Source: a bacterium (GTDB taxonomy: Bacteria > UBP6 > UBA1177). Taken from it: 64,000 nucleotides of DNA. The translations under genes and the position numbers were made by a program. Positions 56,876-64,000 of the stretch are shown here, piece by piece (the stretch's first letter is position 1; each line of letters starts with the position of its first letter). Location: NCBI GenBank assembly GCA_017645765.1, contig JAGCNV010000106.1, positions 7,301 to 71,300 on the forward strand, written 5' to 3'. The notes beneath the pieces are model-generated. The model made no database searches. It was not told where the DNA came from and worked only from the letters and a program-made list of their open reading frames with translations.

Positions 56876-58112
56876 CGGCTTCGAGAGCGGTGATGCTGTT
56901 TGTAATGATTGCTACTGAAGTTTTTTCGGCAACCTGAACGACTACGAGTTCGCCTATCATTTCATAAGGAAGACCTGCCGGAGACGATTTTCCTTCAAAT
57001 TCTCTGAGACCGTCGCCCTTTCTGTAAACAGAGAGCATAACACCTTTTTCAACGCCGTCATCGCTGCCTTTGTCAAGGTAAACGATGTAGTTCGGACCGT
57101 AGAAGAAAGTCGGGTCGTAACCGGTGAGGATCTTCGCCTTGATGTCGGAAGCAGGCTCGGTAACCTTTACGCTGTCTTCAGTTTCGACATATTCGCGGAC
57201 ATAGAAACCGCGCTCTATAGCATCGTAAGACTTTACGATCTTGACTGTTGCAATCTGCGTGTCTTTATCGTCTTTGTCTTCGTCTTTCTTCTTTTTGCCG
57301 ATGTCGAGAACTTTGCCTCTGCCGACTATATCAACGATAGAACCGATTTTGTCACCGGTGTCGGGATGTTTGATTTTTTCTTTGACGTGGATGATTTCAA
57401 CATAGTCACCGATCTGGAAATGAGGTTTGCCGCCTTTTTTCTCCTGATCTTTGTCGTCTTCATCATCGTCGTCTCCGAGCTCGACATATACGTTATCGCC
57501 GGTCGACAAGAGCTCTTTCGGCTCGAAGGAAGCGATAATTTTCGCCATTTCTTCTTCTTCGGTATTGCCGACAAAACCTTTCTGAACGACATCAAAAAGA
57601 GTGTCGTCGATCTGTTTGAATCTGTCGACTCTGTATTTTCCGCCCAGTTTTACGAAACTCTTGTAGTTTTCAGGTGTAGCGTCAAGCGTTTTGCCTGTCT
57701 GAGCAAGAGAATCTGTCTCTCCTTCATCTTCATATTCCGCGCTGTAGCTCTCCTCGCCGTTTTCGCCGTATGCACCGTTCGCACCTGCTCCCTCTTCGCC
57801 GGGCATCATCATTTCGCCGGTCTGACGGAATGAAATTTTGTCACCGGGATAAATTCTGTGAGGATTCTGGATCTGCGGGTTGAGCGACCAGACTTTAGGC
57901 CAGTACCACGGGCTTTTAAGCTCTTTTTCGCTTATATCCCAAAGCGTGTCGCCGGGAACGACTTCGTAAGTTTCGGGAGCTGAATTGAGATCAACATTGT
58001 CGAGATTGATAAAATCGGGAACCGGAACTTCTTCCGCACTTGCCGGTGGAACTTCCTCGGCAAACATAAGAGCCGAAAACATCAAAATGAAAGCAAAAAC
58101 CATCGTTTTCAT
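56841..58112 (-). CDS. Secreted LysM-domain protein
   Basis: Probable start 'MKTMVFAFILMFSALMFA'. LysM 'YEVVPGDTLWDISEK...YPGDKISF'. Acidic 'DDDDEDDKDQEKK' tract. Confidence 0.7.
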   Translation of the reverse strand: MKTMVFAFILMFSALMFAEEVPPASAEEVPVPDFINLDNVDLNSAPETYEVVPGDTLWDISEKELKSPWYWPKVWSLNPQIQNPHRIYPGDKISFRQTGEMMMPGEEGAGANGAYGENGEESYSAEYEDEGETDSLAQTGKTLDATPENYKSFVKLGGKYRVDRFKQIDDTLFDVVQKGFVGNTEEEEMAKIIASFEPKELLSTGDNVYVELGDDDDEDDKDQEKKGGKPHFQIGDYVEIIHVKEKIKHPDTGDKIGSIVDIVGRGKVLDIGKKKKDEDKDDKDTQIATVKIVKSYDAIERGFYVREYVETEDSVKVTEPASDIKAKILTGYDPTFFYGPNYIVYLDKGSDDGVEKGVMLSVYRKGDGLREFEGKSSPAGLPYEMIGELVVVQVAEKTSVAIITNSITALEAGDTAVSGEIEE

Positions 58113-58312
58113 CAGAAACTCCTTATATTTAATTATAAGACAAAACAAAAATAGCCGTGATATACTACGCAAAAACGCCATTTTGTCAATTTAATTAAAC
58201 ACAATCCGCTGAAAACATGAGATTTTTCGATTTTCGCAGTAAAAAAACGTCCAAAAATTCCAATTTTCGGCCGTCCCCGTATAATCTTCCGGCTTGATTC
58301 AAGGAGGTAAAA

Positions 58313-58966
58313 ATGGAAATCCAAAAAATGCCCGTTGCTCCCATCGGAGCTAACTGTTACATAGTTTCGGAAGCAGGAGAAGCGTTAATAATCGACCCCG
58401 GCGGTGATGCTGAAAAGATCATCAAAGCTGCAAAAAACTTAAATGTGCGCTATATTCTTCTGACCCACACTCATTTTGACCACATCGGCGCTCTGAACGA
58501 CCTTACAGAGGCATTTCCGGATGCAAAAATTGCGGTCCACATTCTCGAACACGACTGGCTCTATTCGCCGCAGCTCAATTTTTCGGAAGAATTCGGTCTG
58601 ACTTTCGTTTTCAAAGGAAAAGTCGACCTTAAACTTGAAGACGGCATGACACTCGATTTTGCCGGAACAAAGATCAAAGTTCTTCACACGCCGGGACATA
58701 CACCTGGCAGCTCATGCTTCTACATAGGAAAATCGGACATTTGCGAAAATCACCTCCTTTTTTCGGGCGACACCCTTTTCAGAAGCAGCATCGGCAGAAC
58801 TGATTTTCCCGGCGGAGACGGCAGAAAAATCATTGAAAGCATCAAAACCAAACTGCTTGCCCTGCCTGACGAAACCGTCGTCTATCCCGGTCACGACGAA
58901 AACACTTCGATTGCTCTCGAAAAGAAATTCAACCCTTTTCTAAAACGTTACGGCGTAACGTCGTAA
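58313..58966 (+). CDS. MBL-fold metallo-hydrolase (glyoxalase II-like)
   Basis: 'LLTHTHFDHIGA' (HxHxDH) and 'HTPGHTPGS'. Confidence 0.85.
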   Translation: MEIQKMPVAPIGANCYIVSEAGEALIIDPGGDAEKIIKAAKNLNVRYILLTHTHFDHIGALNDLTEAFPDAKIAVHILEHDWLYSPQLNFSEEFGLTFVFKGKVDLKLEDGMTLDFAGTKIKVLHTPGHTPGSSCFYIGKSDICENHLLFSGDTLFRSSIGRTDFPGGDGRKIIESIKTKLLALPDETVVYPGHDENTSIALEKKFNPFLKRYGVTS

Positions 58967-59034
58967 CGGCGGGACGATGTTTTTTTCCGTGGCGGCGTAA
59001 CGTCGTAACAACGTAACAATGTTTTTTCCGTAAC
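58951..59034. repeat. Tandem duplication of about 40 bp (GGCGTAACGTCGTAAC...ATGTTTTTTCCGT) spanning the 3' end of the MBL gene
   Basis: Two adjacent near-identical copies. The first contains the gene's final codons (..GVTS*). Confidence 0.85.
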
Positions 59035-59091
59035 AGCGAAATTTTACTTTCCCGAAAATATTGTTAAGATTCGTGGCTTTTTTTGGAGGCA

Positions 59092-59975
59092 TAATGGAGC
59101 ATCTGGACAGGCTTGAAGCCACTTCGATCCACATAATCCGGGAATCTTACGCGAATTTCAAAAATCTCGGCATGCTCTGGTCGATCGGAAAAGACAGCAC
59201 AGTGCTGCTGTGGCTCGTTAAAAAGGCGTTTTTCGGTCATGTTCCGTTTCCGCTCATCCACATCGACACTCACTACAAAATTCCCGAAATGATCGAATAC
59301 CGCGACCGTCTCACAAAAGAGTGGCATTTGAATATGGTCGTCGGAGTCAACGAGGAAGCACTTGCTAAAAAAGCGACTTTCCCCGACGGAAACGTTGACA
59401 GAATAACCTGCTGCCGCAATCTCAAGACTCAGGCTCTGAAATCGACACTTGACGGCTCTGGCAAAAGATATGTTTTCAACCACGCGAAAGGTTGCTACGA
59501 GCTTGACAAGTCGCACGAAGCATTCACCGCGATAATCCTCGGAATCAGAAGCGACGAGGAAGGAAGCCGCTCGAAGGAACGCTACTTTTCGCCGAGAAAC
59601 GCCTCGAATGAATGGAACATCGGCGATCAGCCGCCTGAGTTCTGGAACCAGTTCAAAACCGATTTCGCGCCGGGAACGCATCTGCGTATCCATCCGCTTC
59701 TCGACTGGACCGAACTCAATATCTGGGAATATATCGAACGCGAAAAAATCCCGACAGTCTCGCTTTACTACGACAAGGGCGTTGGAAAAAGATACCGCTC
59801 GCTCGGCTGCTATCCATGCACTTTTCCCGTTGAAAGCACCGCAAAAAATGTTTCTGAAATAATCGAAGAATTGCGTAGCGGAAAGTTCGCAAAAATCGCC
59901 GAACGCTCAGGAAGAGCGCAGGACAAAGACGACGGCGGCGGACTGGAAACGCTCAGAAAAGACGGTTATATGTAA
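59092..59975 (+). CDS. cysD: Sulfate adenylyltransferase subunit 2
   Basis: '[40 protein letters not shown]' PAPS-reductase fold. C-terminal '[23 protein letters not shown]'. RBS 'GGAGG' before the ATG at 59092. Confidence 0.9.
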
Positions 59976-59980
59976 AGACC

Positions 59981-60013
59981 TAGGGAATCTAGGGTGTCTA
60001 GGGAATTTAAGGA
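59981..60013. repeat. Second TAGGG-type 9-bp repeat block (TAGGGAATC TAGGGTGTC TAGGGAATT TAAGGA)
   Basis: Read directly from the sequence, immediately 3' of the cysD stop. Same unit family and orientation as 50189..50358. Confidence 0.9.
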
Positions 60014-60121
60014 TTTTCAGATTTTTGTTGCAATAAAGGAAAAAAAAGATTATCTCTGCATTGTTAATCGTTTTGTAAAATTTGGTGTCCCGTTTTTTAA
60101 TAATTTTTTAAGGAGTTGAAA

Positions 60122-61561
60122 ATGGCAACAAAGAAAGCGACCCCGGCTGCAAAAGCTGCTCCGGCAAAGAAACCGTGCGCAAAAAAAGCTTGCTGCGCAA
60201 AAACAGTTAAAGACGTTAAAGCTGCTGACATCAAAGGAATGAAGGCTTCCCAGGTTCATGAAATCCTCGGCAAGTACATCCTCAAAGACGGCTACGACAT
60301 GGTTGTCGACACCGAAAAAAGCCACGGCAGCTACATGTACGATGCAAAACACAACAAAGAGTACCTCGATTTCTTCTCATTCTTTGCTTCAATGCCGATC
60401 GGATTCAACCACCCGAAACTTCACAACGACGAGTTCATCAAAGAGATCGGTGAAGTAGCTCTTCACAAAATCTCCAACAGCGACTTCTACACCACGACAA
60501 TGGCTGAATTTGTAGAAGCTATGGCTGAAACCGCAAAACCGGCTTACATGAAGAAGATGTTCTTCGTTGACGGCGGCGGTCTTGCTGTTGAGAACGCTCT
60601 CAAAACAGCTTTCGACTGGAAATTCAGAAAGAACCTTGAAAAGGGTGTCAGAATCGACGAAAACGAGATGAAGATCATCCACTTCAAACAGGCTTTCCAC
60701 GGCAGAACGGGCTACACCCTTTCGCTCACCAACACTTCCGACCCGAGAAAATATATGTATTTCCCGAAATTCGACTGGCCGAGAATCACCAACCCGAAAG
60801 CTATTTTCCCGCTTGAAGGTGAAAATCTGAAGAAGACCATCGAATCCGAGAAGATCGCATGCAAGGAAATCCAGGACGCATGCGACAAATACGGCAGCCA
60901 GATTGCCGGCCTCATCATTGAACCGGTTCAGGGCGAAGGCGGCGACAACCACTTCAGAAAAGAGTTCATCCAGGAACTCAGAAAGTTCGCTGACAAATAC
61001 GATTTTCTCCTTATCTTCGACGAAGTTCAGGCAGGCGGCGGTCTCAGCGGCAAATGGTGGACTCACGAACACTACGGCGTAAAACCCGACATCATCTGCT
61101 TCGGAAAGAAATTCCAGGTTTGCGGTATCCTTGCAAACGACAGAGTCCTTTCGGTCAAGAATAATGTTTTCGTTGAATCGAGCAGACTTAACTCGACCTG
61201 GGGCGGCAACATCGTCGATATGAAGAGAACCGCTCGTTACCTCAAGATCATAAAGGAAGAAAAGCTTGTTGAGAACGCAGCGAAAATGGGAAAAATCCTG
61301 CTCGATGGACTTGAAGCACTGTCCAAGAAGACAAAAGGCAAAATCTTCAACGTCAGAGGCAAAGGTCTTCTCTGCGCATTCGATATGAAAGACGGCGCTG
61401 CTAGAAACAAATTCATTGACGACTGCATGAACAAGGAAAATATGATCGTTCTTGCATGCGGAGACAATTCCATCAGATTCAGACCGTTCCTTGACATCAC
61501 CGAAGCTGACGTCAAAGAAGGTTTGAAGAGAATGGAAAGAGTCCTTACCGCTAAAAAGTAA
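60122..61561 (+). CDS. Class III aminotransferase (L-lysine 6-transaminase-like) with a Lys/Ala-rich histone-like N-terminal tail
   Basis: 'LIFDEVQAGGGLSGKWW' and 'CFGKKFQVCG' (PLP Lys). N-terminal 'MATKKATPAAKAAPAKKPCAKKACCAKTVKDVKAADIKG'. Confidence 0.8.
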   Translation: MATKKATPAAKAAPAKKPCAKKACCAKTVKDVKAADIKGMKASQVHEILGKYILKDGYDMVVDTEKSHGSYMYDAKHNKEYLDFFSFFASMPIGFNHPKLHNDEFIKEIGEVALHKISNSDFYTTTMAEFVEAMAETAKPAYMKKMFFVDGGGLAVENALKTAFDWKFRKNLEKGVRIDENEMKIIHFKQAFHGRTGYTLSLTNTSDPRKYMYFPKFDWPRITNPKAIFPLEGENLKKTIESEKIACKEIQDACDKYGSQIAGLIIEPVQGEGGDNHFRKEFIQELRKFADKYDFLLIFDEVQAGGGLSGKWWTHEHYGVKPDIICFGKKFQVCGILANDRVLSVKNNVFVESSRLNSTWGGNIVDMKRTARYLKIIKEEKLVENAAKMGKILLDGLEALSKKTKGKIFNVRGKGLLCAFDMKDGAARNKFIDDCMNKENMIVLACGDNSIRFRPFLDITEADVKEGLKRMERVLTAKK

Positions 61562-61584
61562 GTTGTCTCCATTATAACCTCAAA

Positions 61585-61613
61585 AGGGCCGGCTAGTCCG
61601 GCTCTTTTTTTTT
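61585..61613 (+). terminator. Rho-independent terminator after the aminotransferase
   Basis: GGGCCGG-ctagt-CCGGCTC hairpin followed by TTTTTTTTTT. Confidence 0.75.
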
Positions 61614-61682
61614 GTGCAGAGTCAAAAATTTGTTTTTATGCCGTTTTCATATAAAATATGCGGACTTTTTTTCGGAGGTTCA

Positions 61683-62237
61683 ATGAATTCAGTTCGTTTT
61701 TGCTTAGGCAAAGCAGTTTTTGCCGCGATTTTATGCATTTTTCCGTTTTTCTTTTCTTCATGTTCCCAAAAGGAAGAAAAAAAAGTTGAAGCAAATGAGC
61801 CCGATCTTACGATAACACAGACTGACATAATGCTTCTTATTGAACACAAAAAAACGATTGACGCTATAACGGCGAAGTATGACAAAAAAATTGCTGAAGT
61901 TCCGCCGAGCGCAGCTTACAAACTGATCGAGGACGGCAAAAGCGAAATCAACGGATACCTCGAAAGCAAAGGTCTGAAACCAGAAATTTTCATGAAAAAA
62001 TCGAAAAAAATACTGAAATGTTACCTTGCTTTCAACGAAATCAGCGATGAAACGATGCAGAAAAGAATAGAACTGCTCAAACAGAACGACGCTTCCGAAC
62101 GCGATATCAAAACCAAAATTGAAGCATACAAAAAAGCAGGAGAAGCTTTTTATAAGGAAATGACCGCCGGTCTCACGAAAAACGAAATAGATCTCGTAAA
62201 ATCAAATCTTAAAAACATTGCCTCAGTAACGGAATAG
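61683..62237 (+). CDS. Hypothetical lipoprotein
   Basis: 'MNSVRFCLGKAVFAAILCIFPFFFSSCSQ' signal and lipobox. No recognised domain. Confidence 0.5.
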   Translation: MNSVRFCLGKAVFAAILCIFPFFFSSCSQKEEKKVEANEPDLTITQTDIMLLIEHKKTIDAITAKYDKKIAEVPPSAAYKLIEDGKSEINGYLESKGLKPEIFMKKSKKILKCYLAFNEISDETMQKRIELLKQNDASERDIKTKIEAYKKAGEAFYKEMTAGLTKNEIDLVKSNLKNIASVTE

Positions 62238-62321
62238 CACTCTTTTTGCCTTATAAAAAAAAATCAATAGAATAGTATGTTTTTGTTTTTTTACACGCTG
62301 TATGTTCGCTCGGAGGGAGCA

Positions 62322-62933
62322 ATGCGAAAAACAGAAAGGCTTGATTTTACAGGAGCTTTCGAACAAGGTTGGATCCAGTACAAATCAAATTTCACGAAAC
62401 TTATCGGATGGGGCGCGGCAATTGCAGTTCCGCCTGTCTTCTTTCATTTCGATATAAAAGCCGGAATTATTCTGACGCTGATTTTTGAAGGTTTTCTGAT
62501 GATCCTGCTCGCGAATTCAGTTGTCTGTACTTCAAGAGGGCTGAAGAACGACACTTTTTCTTCGGCTAAACTTCTTCTGAGCTGCTTCAAGAACGGTTTT
62601 CTCATCTCGATAATTCTTTTTCCCCTGCTCGTTATCAGTTTTGTTGCCGTGATAGTTCCATCGATCGTTCTTTTCAGTGTTTTCATGTTCACATTTTTCA
62701 TTACGGCCCGCAAACAGACATTCGCAGTTGATGCAATGTGGGACAGCCTTCGCGAAGGAAACGGTTACAGACTTCCCCTTTTCCTGTTTTCACTGATTTT
62801 TTATGCTTCCGCTACTCTGGCGTTTCTCCTCGCACAACTGTTCATGCCGCTCGGATTTATCGCCGGCGCGCTTATAACACCTTATTTTTTCTCTGTAATT
62901 TATGAATTTTACGACCAGCTGGAGACAAAATAA
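62322..62933 (+). CDS. Hypothetical polytopic membrane protein
   Basis: 4-5 predicted TM segments. No recognised family. Confidence 0.45.
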   Translation: MRKTERLDFTGAFEQGWIQYKSNFTKLIGWGAAIAVPPVFFHFDIKAGIILTLIFEGFLMILLANSVVCTSRGLKNDTFSSAKLLLSCFKNGFLISIILFPLLVISFVAVIVPSIVLFSVFMFTFFITARKQTFAVDAMWDSLREGNGYRLPLFLFSLIFYASATLAFLLAQLFMPLGFIAGALITPYFFSVIYEFYDQLETK

Positions 62934-63976
62934 TGAACTACGAAACAGATTTCCTGGCTTATCAGCTTCTGAACCTTTACAAAGGCAGAAAGGTTCTTGA
63001 TTTTTTTGTCGAACCGCTTTTCGGCGACGCTTCCGGCAGATCATACTGCCGTGTCCGCTTTGAAGACACGACTGTCATTATGATGAAAGTCGCAAACATC
63101 AAACCGGGCGAATTCGGGCGCGGAGATTCTTTCACCGACTTCATGGCTATACGCGATTTTTTGAACGGCATCGGTGTGAATGTACCTGAAATCCTTGCCG
63201 TTATTCCCGAGCAGAAGGCGATGCTTCTCGAAGATCTGGGTGACACAACTCTTTTTAAACTTATCGAAAACGATAAAAAGAACAAATTCAAATACATAAA
63301 AGACGCACTCGATCTTCTGACCGACACGCAGAAAAGACTTTACGACCGTACGAAATTCGACACTCCGGCCGACAAAAGAAAGTTTACAACAAAACTTTTC
63401 ATGGATGAGTTCTACCATTTTTACGAATACATGATCGCAAAAAGGATCTATCACATTCCCTACAAAAATCTGTGGCCGAAACTTGAAAAATACTGCACCA
63501 AAATTTCGAAAGAACTTTACAACCTGCCCTACTTCTTTTCGCACAGGGATTTCCAGTCGAAAAACATCATGGTGAAAGACGGCACGAAATATCTCATCGA
63601 CTTTCAGGACGCTCTGATGGCTCCTGCGGTTTACGACCTTGTTTCGCTCCTTCGAGATTCTTACGTCACTCTTTCGGCGGAAGAACTTTCGTCGCTGCTT
63701 TCATATTTCTGGAACACGAACGATGTCATGCATGAAGTCTTCAACGACTATGAAACTTTCGAGCACGCTTTCTACATTCAGACTCTTCAGCGCAAGATGA
63801 AAGATGCAGGAAGATTCGTCTATCTCAATCAGGTCAAAGGTAAAGAGTGGTTTGTACCGTACATTCTGCCGACACTCGGCTATGTCAAGGACGCACTTAT
63901 AAAACTCGAACTTGACAAGATTTTAGAGATTCTTGCACCTTTTATTCCTGAATTTGACAACGGGAGAGCAAAGTGA
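62933..63976 (+). CDS. Phosphotransferase-family kinase (APH/AmgK-like anomeric sugar kinase)
   Basis: 'FSHRDFQSKNIMV' and 'YLIDFQDA' (HxDxxxxN / DFxD) kinase motifs. Followed by a MurU-like nucleotidyltransferase start. Confidence 0.6.
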   Translation: MNYETDFLAYQLLNLYKGRKVLDFFVEPLFGDASGRSYCRVRFEDTTVIMMKVANIKPGEFGRGDSFTDFMAIRDFLNGIGVNVPEILAVIPEQKAMLLEDLGDTTLFKLIENDKKNKFKYIKDALDLLTDTQKRLYDRTKFDTPADKRKFTTKLFMDEFYHFYEYMIAKRIYHIPYKNLWPKLEKYCTKISKELYNLPYFFSHRDFQSKNIMVKDGTKYLIDFQDALMAPAVYDLVSLLRDSYVTLSAEELSSLLSYFWNTNDVMHEVFNDYETFEHAFYIQTLQRKMKDAGRFVYLNQVKGKEWFVPYILPTLGYVKDALIKLELDKILEILAPFIPEFDNGRAK

Positions 63977-64000
63977 AAGCGCTTATTTTAGCCGCAGGTT
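63973..64000 (+). CDS. Nucleotidyltransferase (MurU-like), N-terminal fragment at the window edge
   Basis: GTG start giving 'VKALILAAG', the classic sugar-phosphate nucleotidyltransferase N-terminus. Only 9 codons are visible. Confidence 0.35.

Overview
This 64 kb window looks like a chromosomal segment from a Fibrobacter-like (Fibrobacteres) bacterium. The assignment rests on several lipoproteins that carry the 'Fibrobacter succinogenes major paralogous' (DUF1566/TIGR02145-type) domain, recognisable by 'WRLPT..EL' and 'VRCVR' motifs. GC content is about 50% in the core. The core is ordinary housekeeping: mnmA, a PFK-family kinase, ftsY, mscL, an epimerase, rplM-rpsI, metK, a fused indolepyruvate:ferredoxin oxidoreductase, a class I aminotransferase, folE2, folP-cdaA-cdaR, cysC, cysD, and a lat-like aminotransferase followed by an amgK/murU-like pair. 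Interleaved with this core is a large repertoire of secreted and surface lipoproteins. These include a 1157-aa protein with 13 Cys-containing repeats, a roughly 1700-aa coiled-coil lipoprotein, two FGE-sulfatase/GldJ-GldK-like lipoproteins, an S8 subtilase, and several Cys-rich lipoproteins with low-complexity acidic or Gly-Asn linkers. Two accessory patches stand out. The first (1-4760) is very AT-rich (GC estimated by eye at about 28-36%) and encodes a truncated HD-like + Hsp90-type GHKL ATPase and a stand-alone SIR2_2 protein. These are interleaved with native Fib_succ_major lipoprotein genes and form a candidate, unnamed defence module. The second (8340-10010) is a decayed islet: an XRE regulator, an Abi_2-like N-terminal remnant, a DUF2281/PIN (VapBC-type) toxin-antitoxin pair bracketed by a 30-bp perfect direct repeat, and a RhuM-family fragment abutting mnmA. 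Other points worth a second look are a 9-bp TAGGG-type microsatellite placed immediately 3' of both cysC and cysD (8 kb apart), cysC sitting in the folP-cdaA-cdaR operon where glmM normally follows, a carbamoyltransferase/SxtJ-like/SxtK-like trio, a 7-gene secreted-protein operon with folE2 embedded, and a histone-like Lys/Ala tail on an aminotransferase. No rRNA, tRNA, CRISPR array, integrase or transposase was recognised.
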